Notes: generated by a model from the letters alone, not told the origin. DNA of 32,000 bases from Micrococcus luteus NCTC 2665 (GCF_000023205.1 NC_012803.1:150001-182000); one strand, 5' to 3'; shown: positions 8,888 through 17,443, numbered from the stretch's first letter. Numbers and translations: made by a program.

Positions 8888-10754
8888 GGCGGGCCTGGAC
8901 CAGCGCGGTGACGACGGCCGCCAGCAGGGCCGTCCCTGCCACGGCCAGTGCCGCGGGGACGACGGGCCGGCCGGCCACCGGCGACGCCGTCGCCGGGCGC
9001 TCGGCCGTCACCGCCCGGGACTCCTCCGGGTCCTCGGCCGGATGCTGCCCCTGCGCCGCGGTCACCACGGGGATCGGACCGGTCGCGGGCAGCGTCTGCA
9101 TGGCCTCGGCCGTGGAGTGGGTGGCCAGGTCGGCGCGGGTGGCGTGGAGGCGCTCGGAGGTGGTCATGCGGCCCAGCGGGATGTTCGGCAGGAACAGGAT
9201 CGCGATCAGCGCGACGATCGCGAGCGGCACGCCCACGAGGAACGCGTGGGAGATGCCGGTGGCGTAGACGTCCTCGAAGATCGAGCGCAGGCCGTCGGGC
9301 ATCTCCGCCACGCGTGGCAGGGTGCTGGACTTGAGGCTCTCGGACCACTCGGCGGCGTCCGGGCCCAGGCTGCGCAGGGCCGCGGCGAGGTCCGCGCGGC
9401 GCTCCTCGATGCGGTCCGGGACCACGTTGGACACCACGGCGCCCATCACGGCGACGCCGATGCTGCCGCCCAGGGTGCGGAAGAAGGTGACGCCGGAGCT
9501 GGCGACGCCCATCTGCCGCGGGTCCGTGGTGTTCTGCACAACGAGCACGAGGTTCTGCATGGTCATGCCGACGCCGGCGCCGAGCAGGAACATGTAGAGG
9601 GACACCAGCCAGAACGAGGTGTCGTAGTGCAGGGTGCCGAGCAGGGCGGTGCCGGCGATCAGCAGGACGGCGCCGATCACGAGCCAGCGCTTCCACACGC
9701 CGGTGCGGGTGATGAGGCCGCCGATCACCGTGGAGGACACGAGCAGGCCGAGGATCATCGGGATGGTCATGAGGCCGGCCTGGGTCGGCGTCGCTCCGCG
9801 GGCCAGCTGCATGTACTGGGCCAGGTAGACGGAGGAGCCGAACATGGCCAGGCCCGTGGCGATCGAGGCGATCGTCGCGAGGGTGAAGGTGCGGTCGCGG
9901 AAGAGGGTGAGCGGGATGAGCGGCTCGGCGACGCGCAGCTCGGTCACGACGAACAGGATGGTGGCGACGGCGACGCCGCCGAGCATCCACGCGGTGGTGG
10001 TGCTGGCCCAGTCGAAGTCGCGGCCGGCGCTGGTGACCCAGATCAGCAGCAGCGCGGTGGCCACGGTCAGGAACACGATGCCGAGGTAGTCGATGGACAC
10101 CTTCTGGCGCTCGCGGTGCGGCAGGTGGAGGGTGCGCTGCACCATCACCAGGGCGACGACGGCGAAGGGCACCGCCACGAAGAAGTTCCAGCGCCAGCCC
10201 CACAGGTCGGTGATCACGCCGCCGACGAGCGGGCCGCCCACCGTGGCCACGGCCATCACGGCGCCGAACAGGCCCATGTAGCGGCCGCGCTCACGCGGGC
10301 TGATGATGTCCGCCATGATCACCTGGCTGAGTGCGGCGAGGCCGCCGCCGCCCAGGCCCTGCACGGTGCGGCAGACGATCAGGAAGGTCGGGTCGTGGGT
10401 GAAGCCGGCCGCCGCGGAGGCGGCGACGAAGAGCACCAGGGCGAGCTGGAAGAGGACCTTGCGGTTGACGAGGTCGGCCAGCTTGCCCCAGATCGGGGTG
10501 GCGATGGCCGTGGCGAGCAGGGCCGAGGTGATGACCCAGGTGTAGGCGGTCTGGTCGCCGCCGATGTCGTGGATGATCACCGGCATCGACGTCGAGACCA
10601 CCGTGTTGGCGATCATCGAGACGAACATGCCCAGCAGGAGGCCGGTCAGGGCCTGGAGCACGGAGCGGTGGCGCGCGGCGTCGGCGGCGGCGCGCTCGAG
10701 CGAGGGGGCGCCGGCCGGCGCGACGGCCTCGGGGGCGGGGGAGGTCGGGGTCAT
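8880..10754 (-). CDS. MFS transporter, DHA2 (EmrB/QacA-like, 14-TMS) drug:H+ antiporter family, 624 aa
   Basis: There are many TM helices and MFS motifs (GKLADLVNRKVLF; DHA2-like architecture). I prefer ATG 10754, which has the SD GAAGGA 5 nt upstream. The ORF-track start at 10793 lies inside the operator palindrome. The last ~90 aa form a hydrophilic linker plus an extra hydrophobic helix. Confidence 0.85.
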   Translation of the reverse strand: MTPTSPAPEAVAPAGAPSLERAAADAARHRSVLQALTGLLLGMFVSMIANTVVSTSMPVIIHDIGGDQTAYTWVITSALLATAIATPIWGKLADLVNRKVLFQLALVLFVAASAAAGFTHDPTFLIVCRTVQGLGGGGLAALSQVIMADIISPRERGRYMGLFGAVMAVATVGGPLVGGVITDLWGWRWNFFVAVPFAVVALVMVQRTLHLPHRERQKVSIDYLGIVFLTVATALLLIWVTSAGRDFDWASTTTAWMLGGVAVATILFVVTELRVAEPLIPLTLFRDRTFTLATIASIATGLAMFGSSVYLAQYMQLARGATPTQAGLMTIPMILGLLVSSTVIGGLITRTGVWKRWLVIGAVLLIAGTALLGTLHYDTSFWLVSLYMFLLGAGVGMTMQNLVLVVQNTTDPRQMGVASSGVTFFRTLGGSIGVAVMGAVVSNVVPDRIEERRADLAAALRSLGPDAAEWSESLKSSTLPRVAEMPDGLRSIFEDVYATGISHAFLVGVPLAIVALIAILFLPNIPLGRMTTSERLHATRADLATHSTAEAMQTLPATGPIPVVTAAQGQHPAEDPEESRAVTAERPATASPVAGRPVVPAALAVAGTALLAAVVTALVQARRG

Positions 10755-10783
10755 GGGGTCCTTCGGCGGGAGGGGCGGCGCGG

Positions 10784-10820
10784 TGATTGACATGAGTCAA
10801 TGATTGACGAGAGTCAATCA
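10784..10820. promoter_or_regulatory. Two tandem palindromic operator sites (putative MarR operator) in the divergent promoter region
   Basis: ATTGAC-ATGA-GTCAAT (10786-10801) is immediately followed by the perfect TGATTGAC-GAGA-GTCAATCA (10801-10820). This is a local AT-rich patch in a GC-rich genome. It contains the -35-like hexamers TTGACA (+) and TTGACT (-). Confidence 0.6.
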
Positions 10821-10922
10821 TAAGGGGCGTCGCCCCGGGCTGCACCCGCCATCCGCGGTTAGCCTGGTCACGCCGGACGACGCCCCGTCCTCCCCGGCCC
10901 GATCCGAGAGTGAGGCCCTGCC

Positions 10923-11912
10923 GTGACCCCCCGTTTCCTGCTCATGACCCGCCTCCCCGAGCCCGGGCTCGGGATGCTGCGCGCGGCCGGAGAGGTGGTG
11001 GACGGCGCCGACGTCGGAGGGGACGCCGCGCTCGCGCGGCTGGTGGCCTCGGGGGACTACGACGTCGTCGTCTCGGCCCTGGACCAGAAGTTCACCGCCG
11101 ACGTGCTCGCCGACGCGCGGATCAGGGGCATCGCCAACTACGCGGTCGGCTACAACAACGTGGACGTGGCCGCCGCGACGCGGCGGGGGATCGCCGTCGG
11201 CAACACCCCGGACGTGCTCACGGACGCCACCGCGGACATCGCGATGCTCCTGATCCTCGGTGTGACCCGCCGCGCCCACGAGGGTGAGCGGATGGTGCGC
11301 GAGGGGCGCTTCCACGGCTGGGCGCCGGACCTGCTCGTGGGCAGGGACGTGCGCGGCGCGACCCTGGGCCTGGCCGGTTTCGGGCGGATCGGCAAGGCGG
11401 TGGCCGAGCGCGCGCTCGCCTTCGGCATGGACGTCGTGTTCGCGCCGCGGCCTCCCGCGCACCGGGAGGTGGCGGCCGAGGAGCTCGGCGACCTCGCCGG
11501 CCGCGTCCGTCAGGTCCGCTGGGAGGAGCTCGTCGAGGTCGCGGACGTCCTCTCCCTCCACGTGCCCCTGACGGACGACACACACCACCTCGTGGATGCG
11601 GAGGTGATCGCGAAGATGAAGGACGACGCCGTCCTCGTCAACACGGCCCGCGGGCCCGTGGTGGACGAGGTGGCCCTCGTCACAGCCCTGCGCGAGGGTC
11701 GGCTCTTCGGCGCCGGCCTGGACGTCTACGAGGATGAGCCCGCCCTGGCCCCGGGCCTGGCCGAGCTGGAGAACGTGATGCTCCTGCCGCACCTGGGCTC
11801 CGCCACCCGGGACACCCGCGCCGCAATGGCCGAGCTGGCCGCGCGCAACGCGATCGCCATGGCCACGGGCGCGGAGGTCCCGGCCCTCGTCAACCCCGAG
11901 GTGCGCGGCTGA
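10923..11912 (+). CDS. D-isomer-specific 2-hydroxyacid dehydrogenase (glyoxylate/hydroxypyruvate reductase-like), 329 aa
   Basis: The NAD-binding motif is GLAGFGRIGKAVA. Catalytic-region motifs NTARGPVVDE and PHLGSATRDTR are present. The start is GTG, preceded by GAGTGAGG. Confidence 0.85.
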   Translation: MTPRFLLMTRLPEPGLGMLRAAGEVVDGADVGGDAALARLVASGDYDVVVSALDQKFTADVLADARIRGIANYAVGYNNVDVAAATRRGIAVGNTPDVLTDATADIAMLLILGVTRRAHEGERMVREGRFHGWAPDLLVGRDVRGATLGLAGFGRIGKAVAERALAFGMDVVFAPRPPAHREVAAEELGDLAGRVRQVRWEELVEVADVLSLHVPLTDDTHHLVDAEVIAKMKDDAVLVNTARGPVVDEVALVTALREGRLFGAGLDVYEDEPALAPGLAELENVMLLPHLGSATRDTRAAMAELAARNAIAMATGAEVPALVNPEVRG

Positions 11913-11930
11913 CCGGCGGGGCGCCGTCGG

Positions 11931-11936
11931 TAGACT
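11931..11936 (+). promoter_or_regulatory. -10 hexamer TAGACT, 8 nt upstream of the lysS GTG (leaderless or near-leaderless)
   Basis: A TANNNT hexamer lies upstream of GTG 11945 with no SD between them. Confidence 0.45.
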
Positions 11937-11944
11937 CGGGGACC

Positions 11945-13459
11945 GTGACCACCCAGAACTCCGCCTCCGCCGCCGTCGACCACCACGATCAGCAGGCCGT
12001 CCGCGCCGCCAAGCGTGAGCAGCTGCTCGCCTCGGGCCGTGAGGCCTACCCCGTGCAGGTGCCGCGCACTCACGCGCTGGCCGAGGTGCGTGAGCGGTTC
12101 GACGGCCACGAGCCCGACTGGGCCTCGGGCGAGACCGTGTCGGTGACCGGGCGCGTCGTCTTCCTCCGCAACACCGGCAAGCTCTGCTTCGCCACCCTGC
12201 AGGAGTCCGGCGCGGACGGGGAGGCCGTCCGCCTCCAGGTCATGGTGTCCCTGGCCGCCGTCGGTGAGGAGTCCCTGGCCGAGTGGAAGAAGGTCGTGGA
12301 CCTGGGCGACTTCCTCTCCGTCACCGGCGAGGTGATCGTCTCGCGCCGCGGCGAGCTGTCCATCATGGCCTCGGCATGGGAGATGGCCTCCAAGGCGCTG
12401 CGCCCCCTGCCCGTGCTGCACGCGGACCTGAACGAGGAGACCCGCGTCCGCCAGCGCTACGCGGACCTGATCGTGCGCGAGGAGGCCCGCCGCATGGTCT
12501 ACACCCGCGCCAAGGTCACCTCGGCGGTGCGGCGCACCCTCGAGGGCCACGGCTACGTGGAGGTGGAGACCCCGATGCTCCAGCTCGTCCACGGCGGCGC
12601 TCTCGCGCGTCCCTTCGAGACGCACCTCAACGCGTTCGACCAGCCGATGACCCTGCGCATCGCCACCGAGCTGTACCTCAAGCGCGCCGTCGTCGGCGGC
12701 ATCGACCGCGTGTTCGAGATCGGCCGCGTGTTCCGCAACGAGGGCGTGGACTCGACCCACTCGCCCGAGTTCACCACCCTCGAGTCCTATGAGGCGTGGG
12801 CGGACATGCACGTCATGGCCGAGCGCATGCAGGAGATCATTCTCAACGCCGCGGACGCGGTGGGCGCCGGGCGTCGGCTCGAGACCGCGAAGGGCGTCAT
12901 CGACCTGGACGGCGAGTGGGCCTGGGTCGCCGTGTACCCGGGGCTGTCCGAGGCCGTGGGCCGCGAGATCACCCCGGACACGGACGCCGAGACGCTGCGG
13001 GCGATCGCCGCGGAGCACGAGGTCAAGGTGGACCCCGCGTGGGACGCGGAGAAGCTCGTGATCGAGCTGTTCGGTGAGATCGTGGAGCCCACCCTGATGA
13101 ACCCCACGTTCGTGTACGACTACCCGCCGGCCGCCCAGCCGCTCGCGCGCCCGCACCGCTCGGACGACCGGGTCATCGAGGCGTGGGACCTGATCATCGG
13201 CGGCATGGAGCGCGGCACCGCGTTCTCCGAGCTGATCGACCCCGTCATCCAGCGTGAGCGCCTGACCGCCCAGTCGGCGATGGCGGCCGCCGGCGACGAC
13301 GAGGCCATGCAGCTGGACGAGGACTTCCTGCGCGCCCTCGAATACGGCGCCCCGCCCATGGGCGGCATCGGCCTGGGCATCGACCGCCTGGTGATGCTGT
13401 TCACGGACGCCGGCATCCGCGAGACCATCCTCTTCCCGCTGCTCAAGCCGGAGGCCTGA
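11945..13459 (+). CDS. lysS: Lysine--tRNA ligase (class II), 504 aa
   Basis: An OB-fold N-domain is present (VSVTGRVVFLRNTGKLCFATLQE). Class II motifs are FRNEGVDSTHSPEFTTLE and GIGLGIDRLVMLFT. Confidence 0.95.
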   Translation: MTTQNSASAAVDHHDQQAVRAAKREQLLASGREAYPVQVPRTHALAEVRERFDGHEPDWASGETVSVTGRVVFLRNTGKLCFATLQESGADGEAVRLQVMVSLAAVGEESLAEWKKVVDLGDFLSVTGEVIVSRRGELSIMASAWEMASKALRPLPVLHADLNEETRVRQRYADLIVREEARRMVYTRAKVTSAVRRTLEGHGYVEVETPMLQLVHGGALARPFETHLNAFDQPMTLRIATELYLKRAVVGGIDRVFEIGRVFRNEGVDSTHSPEFTTLESYEAWADMHVMAERMQEIILNAADAVGAGRRLETAKGVIDLDGEWAWVAVYPGLSEAVGREITPDTDAETLRAIAAEHEVKVDPAWDAEKLVIELFGEIVEPTLMNPTFVYDYPPAAQPLARPHRSDDRVIEAWDLIIGGMERGTAFSELIDPVIQRERLTAQSAMAAAGDDEAMQLDEDFLRALEYGAPPMGGIGLGIDRLVMLFTDAGIRETILFPLLKPEA

Positions 13460-13460
13460 C

Positions 13461-13700
13461 ATGGCCGACTTCTGGGACTACTTCTCCGTCCTCGCCCCCT
13501 CGATCGGCCTCGGGCTCATCTTCTGGCTGGTGATGCGCTCCCTGCTGCGTTCGGACACGGGCGAGCGCGAGAGTCAGGCCCGCCGGCTCTCGGGCGCGGA
13601 CGCGCGGGCGGCCCGCGAGGAGGCCGAGGCCCGTGAGTGGGCGGCCCGACGCCGAGCCGAGGGCGGGCCGGAGGCCGATCCGGAGGACCGCGCCCGCTGA
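13461..13700 (+). CDS. Small hypothetical membrane protein, 79 aa, coupled to lysS
   Basis: The ATG lies 1 nt after the lysS stop, with GGAGG (13449-13453) 7 nt upstream. There is one TM (LAPSIGLGLIFWLVMRSLL) followed by an Arg/Glu/Ala-rich tail. I recognise no homology. Confidence 0.5.
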   Translation: MADFWDYFSVLAPSIGLGLIFWLVMRSLLRSDTGERESQARRLSGADARAAREEAEAREWAARRRAEGGPEADPEDRAR

Positions 13701-13864
13701 GATTTCTTCCCCGGCGTTGAAGAATCCTTCTGCCCGGCTTTGTTGCGGTATTCTTGAATCACCACAAGTGCACGGCCGGAATCGTGAGCACGCGGGGAAG
13801 AAGCCCGAGAGCGAAGACCGGAACCCAGGGACACGCGCACGAGAGAAGAAAGTGGGAATCACCG

Positions 13865-14167
13865 TTGGCACAGAAGGTAGAAATGGTCCTCGTGGATGAT
13901 CTTGACGGTTCGCCTGCAGATGAGACCGTGAACTTCGCATTGGACGGTCGCAATTACGAGATCGACCTGTCGAAGGAGCACGCCGCGGAACTCCGTGAGT
14001 TCCTGAAGCCCTACATGAAGAAGGGCCGCGCCGTGGCACCGCCGTCGCCCAAGGTCGAGGCCGCCCAGATCCGCAAGTGGGCGGCCGAGAACGGCTTCGA
14101 GGTCTCGAGCCGGGGCCGTCTGCACCGCGACGTGGTGGAGGCCTACCGCAACGCGAAGCGCAAGTGA
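13865..14167 (+). CDS. lsr2: Nucleoid-associated protein Lsr2, 100 aa (TTG start inferred)
   Basis: (M)AQKVEMVLVDDLDGSPADETVNFALDGRNYEIDLS aligns with the mycobacterial Lsr2 N-terminus as I recall it (MAKKVTVTLVDDFDGS...). The C-terminal DNA-binding region is IRKWAAENGFEVSSRGRLHRDVVEAYRNA. An alternative start is ATG 13883, which has the SD AGAAGG. Confidence 0.85.
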   Translation: MAQKVEMVLVDDLDGSPADETVNFALDGRNYEIDLSKEHAAELREFLKPYMKKGRAVAPPSPKVEAAQIRKWAAENGFEVSSRGRLHRDVVEAYRNAKRK

Positions 14168-14323
14168 GCGCCCCGCCCGGGTGCGTCGAGGAATCGGCGT
14201 CCCCGGGCCTCGTTCCTGCCCCTCCCGACGACGGCCGGGCCGCTTCTCCCGCTGGCGAACAGCCGCGCGGCACGCGGTCCGGGTGCGTAGTGTCGACCAC
14301 GACCGTACGCAAGGAGTGTGCCC

Positions 14324-16879
14324 ATGTTCGAGAGATTCACCGACCGCGCCCGTCGGGTGGTCGTGCTCGCCCAGGAAGAGGCGCGCATGCTCAACCACAG
14401 CTACATCGGCACCGAGCACATCCTGCTCGGACTGATCCACGAGGGTGAGGGCGTCGCAGCCAAGGCACTGGAGTCCATGGACATCTCCCTGGGCGCCGTG
14501 CGAGAGAAGGTGCAGGAGGACATCGGCCAGGGCCAGCAGAACCCGCCCGGCCACATCCCCTTCACCCCGCGCGCCAAGAAGGTGCTGGAGCTGTCCCTGC
14601 GCGAGGCGCTGCAGCTCGGCCACAACTACATCGGCACGGAGCACATCCTGCTCGGCCTGATCCGCGAGGGCGAGGGCGTCGCCGCCCAGGTGCTCGTGAA
14701 GCTCGGCGCGGACCTGAACCGCGTGCGCCAGACGGTCATCCAGCTGCTCTCCGGCTACCAGGGCGGCGGCCAGGGCGGCAAGGAGACCGCCGGCGCCGGC
14801 GTCGGCCAGGGCGGCGAGGCCGGCCAGAACGCGGGCTCCGTGGTGCTGGACCAGTTCGGCCGCAACCTCACGGCGGCCGCGCACGACGGCAAGCTGGACC
14901 CGGTCATCGGCCGCGCCGGCGAGATGGAGCGCGTCATGCAGGTGCTCTCCCGCCGCACCAAGAACAACCCCGTGCTCATCGGTGAGCCGGGCGTCGGCAA
15001 GACCGCCGTCGTCGAGGGCCTCGCCCAGGCGATCGAGCGCGGCGACGTCCCGGAGACGCTCAAGGACAAGCAGCTCTACTCGCTGGACCTCGGCTCCCTC
15101 GTGGCGGGCTCCCGCTACCGCGGCGACTTCGAGGAGCGCCTGAAGAAGGTGCTCAAGGAGATCCGCACCCGCGGGGACATCATCCTGTTCATCGACGAGA
15201 TCCACACCCTCGTGGGCGCCGGCGCCGCCGAGGGCGCGATCGACGCTGCCAGCATCCTCAAGCCGATGCTGGCCCGCGGCGAGCTGCAGACCATCGGCGC
15301 CACCACGCTGGACGAGTACCGCAAGCACATCGAGAAGGACGCCGCGCTCGAGCGCCGCTTCCAGCCGATCCAGGTCGCCGAGCCGTCCGTCGAGGACGCC
15401 ACGGAGATCCTGCGCGGCCTGCGGGACCGCTACGAGGCGCACCACAAGGTCTCCATCACCGACGGCGCGCTCAAGGCCGCCGCCGGCCTGGCGGACCGCT
15501 ACGTCTCCGACCGGCACCTGCCGGACAAGGCCATCGACCTGATCGACGAGGCCGGCGCGCGTCTGCGCATCCGTCGCATGACCGTGCCGCCGGAGATCAA
15601 GGCCTACGAGTCCCGGATCGCGGAGGTGCGCACCCAGAAGGAGGCCGCCATCGACGGCCAGGACTTCGAGGGCGCCGCCCGCCTGCGGGACCAGGAGCAG
15701 CAGCTCGAGGACGAGCGCCGCGAGAAGGAGCAGGCGTGGCGCACCGGCGCCGATGCCGACGTCGCCACGGTGGACGAGGACCTCATCGCCGAGGTGCTCT
15801 CCAAGTCCACCGGCATCCCGGTGTTCAAGCTCACCGCGGAGGAGACGGACCGCCTGCGCACCATGGAGGACGAGCTCCACCGCCGCGTGATCGGCCAGGA
15901 CGAGGCCATCAAGTCCCTGTCCCGCGCCATCCGCCGCACCCGCGCGGGCCTGAAGGACCCGAACCGCCCCTCGGGGTCGTTCATCTTCGCCGGCCCCACC
16001 GGCGTCGGCAAGACGGAGCTGGCCAAGTCCCTCGCGGAGTTCCTCTTCGGGGACGAGGACGCGCTCATCACGCTCGACATGTCCGAGTTCCAGGAGAAGC
16101 ACACCGTCTCGCGTCTGTTCGGCGCCCCTCCCGGCTACGTGGGCTACGAGGAGGGCGGCCAGCTCACCGAGAAGGTCCGCCGCCGTCCGTTCTCCGTGGT
16201 GCTGTTCGACGAGGTGGAGAAGGCCCATCAGGACCTCTTCAACTCCCTGCTGCAGATCCTCGAGGACGGTCGCCTGACCGACTCGCAGGGCCGTGTGGTG
16301 GACTTCAAGAACACCGTGATCATCATGACCACGAACCTCGGCACCCGGGACATCTCCAAGGGCGTCATGACCGGCTTCCAGTCGGCCACGGACACCACCA
16401 CCGGGTACGAGCGGATGAAGGGCAAGGTCAAGGAGGAACTGCGCCAGCACTTCCGCCCCGAGTTCCTCAACCGTGTGGACGACGTGATCGTGTTCCCGCA
16501 GCTGCAGAAGCACGAGATCGTGGAGATCGTGGACCTGTTCGTCGCCCGCCTGGGCCGCCGCCTGGCGGAGCAGGACCTGTCCATCGAGCTCACCCAGTCC
16601 GCCAAGGACCTGCTCGCGGACCGCGGCTACGATCCGGCCATGGGTGCCCGCCCGCTGCGCCGCACCATCCAGCAGATGGTGGAGGACCAGCTCTCGGAGA
16701 AGATCCTCTTCGGTGAGATCCCGGCCGGCTCCCTCATCACCGTGGACGCCACGGGCGAGGGGGAGGGCGCCGAGCTGACGTTCACGTTCTCCGGCGGCCG
16801 GGAGGCCCTGGAGGGCGCGGACCTGGCCGAGCTCGAGTCCGGTGCTGGCGATCCGGTGGACGCCGACCGCTCCGTGTGA
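14324..16879 (+). CDS. clpC: ATP-dependent Clp protease ATP-binding subunit ClpC, 851 aa
   Basis: The canonical N-terminus [21 protein letters not shown] is present. There are two Clp repeat N-domains, two Walker A motifs (GEPGVGKT and GPTGVGKT) and a UVR-like linker ([14 protein letters not shown]). The SD AAGGAG (14311-14316) lies upstream. Confidence 0.97.
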   Translation: MFERFTDRARRVVVLAQEEARMLNHSYIGTEHILLGLIHEGEGVAAKALESMDISLGAVREKVQEDIGQGQQNPPGHIPFTPRAKKVLELSLREALQLGHNYIGTEHILLGLIREGEGVAAQVLVKLGADLNRVRQTVIQLLSGYQGGGQGGKETAGAGVGQGGEAGQNAGSVVLDQFGRNLTAAAHDGKLDPVIGRAGEMERVMQVLSRRTKNNPVLIGEPGVGKTAVVEGLAQAIERGDVPETLKDKQLYSLDLGSLVAGSRYRGDFEERLKKVLKEIRTRGDIILFIDEIHTLVGAGAAEGAIDAASILKPMLARGELQTIGATTLDEYRKHIEKDAALERRFQPIQVAEPSVEDATEILRGLRDRYEAHHKVSITDGALKAAAGLADRYVSDRHLPDKAIDLIDEAGARLRIRRMTVPPEIKAYESRIAEVRTQKEAAIDGQDFEGAARLRDQEQQLEDERREKEQAWRTGADADVATVDEDLIAEVLSKSTGIPVFKLTAEETDRLRTMEDELHRRVIGQDEAIKSLSRAIRRTRAGLKDPNRPSGSFIFAGPTGVGKTELAKSLAEFLFGDEDALITLDMSEFQEKHTVSRLFGAPPGYVGYEEGGQLTEKVRRRPFSVVLFDEVEKAHQDLFNSLLQILEDGRLTDSQGRVVDFKNTVIIMTTNLGTRDISKGVMTGFQSATDTTTGYERMKGKVKEELRQHFRPEFLNRVDDVIVFPQLQKHEIVEIVDLFVARLGRRLAEQDLSIELTQSAKDLLADRGYDPAMGARPLRRTIQQMVEDQLSEKILFGEIPAGSLITVDATGEGEGAELTFTFSGGREALEGADLAELESGAGDPVDADRSV

Positions 16880-16927
16880 CCTGCGGGGCCTGACCCACGA
16901 CGCCGGACCGCGCGTCCGGTGCCCACG

Positions 16928-16964
16928 GCCCGTCGCCCCTCCCCTCGGGGAGGAGGCGGCGGGC
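16928..16964 (+). terminator. Long GC hairpin downstream of clpC (candidate terminator)
   Basis: GCCCGTCGCC (16928-16937) pairs with GGCGGCGGGC (16955-16964), including one G-U pair. The inner stem continues (CCTCC/GGAGG) with one bulged A, giving about 16 bp in total. No U-tract follows. Confidence 0.5.
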
Positions 16965-17204
16965 CGTCGGCGTGCCCCCACGGGATGCCGGCGACGAGGT
17001 CCGCGACACCGCCGCCGGCATCAAGGACGGCCTCTCGAAGGACCGCTGAACCGGCCCGCCTCCCCGCAGGCGCGAGAGGGGTTCCCTCGCGGCGGGATCG
17101 GTGCCACTGTGGTCTGTGACCGCTCGACGGTGGTCCTGTCTCCGCTTCGGCCCGGCGCTCGCCGGGACGGCCGCGGAGCAGCCCCGAGAAGAAGGAGGCC
17201 GCTC

Positions 17205-17387
17205 ATGGGTATCGGTGACCTGAACAACCTCGCAAACCAGCACTCGGACAAGATCAACGAGGCCGTGGACAACGCTCAGGAGCAGCACGGCGACAAGCTC
17301 GGCGAGCACGGCGACACCGTGAACAAGGGTGTCGACGTCGCGCAGGAGAAGTTCCTGTCCGGGGACGAGGGCGAGCAGCAGGCCTGA
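17205..17387 (+). CDS. Small hydrophilic protein, MT0933/Rv0909-like (antitoxin-like family), 60 aa
   Basis: The SD GAAGGAGG (17191-17198) precedes ATG 17205. The sequence MGIGDLNNLANQHSDKINEAVDNAQEQHGDKLGEHGDTVNKGVDVAQEKF resembles the small actinobacterial MT0933-like proteins I recall. The upstream part of ORF 16842-17387 looks non-coding. Confidence 0.6.
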   Translation: MGIGDLNNLANQHSDKINEAVDNAQEQHGDKLGEHGDTVNKGVDVAQEKFLSGDEGEQQA

Positions 17388-17404
17388 GCCTGCCGTCGAC
17401 GCCG

Positions 17405-17443
17405 CGGGAGCCCCCGCCCGGTCCGCCGGGACGGGGGCTCCCG
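17405..17443 (+). terminator. Strong intrinsic terminator hairpin after the 60-aa gene
   Basis: CGGGAGCCCCCG (17405-17416) pairs with CGGGGGCTCCCG (17432-17443). The stem continues as CCCGG/CCGGG around the tetraloop TCCG with one bulged A, giving 17 bp. The tail TCTGTCC follows. Confidence 0.7.

Noticed and set aside
14168-14323. I searched the clpC upstream region for a ClgR-type palindromic operator (recalled as GTTCGC-N5-GCG-like). I also noticed a 10-nt direct repeat, CCGGGTGCGT, near 14177 and 14279.
   Set aside because: The only GCGAAC (near 14252) lacks the partner half-site at the right spacing. A single 10-nt GC-rich repeat about 100 nt apart is within chance expectation for this composition. 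I do report a candidate -10 hexamer (TAGTGT, 14288-14293) and the SD in the clpC evidence context, but I claim no operator.
13859-16981. A 1040-aa ORF antisense to clpC, and similar long ORFs at 3051-4838 (-), 19058-21241 (-), 26110-28122 (-), 26664-29000 (+), 8773-10203 (-) and 9042-10790 (+).
   Set aside because: Each overlaps, on the opposite strand or in another frame, a gene with unmistakable conserved motifs (clpC, panC, radA, pstB/pit, MFS). Their translations are monotonous Arg/Gly/Pro/Ala/His strings. That is what is expected when stop codons are rare in off-frames of very GC-rich DNA.
16972-17049. A 25-codon mini-ORF (GTG...TGA) ending in DEVRDTAAGIKDGLSKDR, vaguely like the C-terminus of CsbD-type small stress proteins.
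   Set aside because: It is too short and has no SD. It overlaps the 10-bp inverted repeat, so the region may be structural RNA. The similarity is impressionistic. It might be a pseudogene remnant, but I cannot support that.
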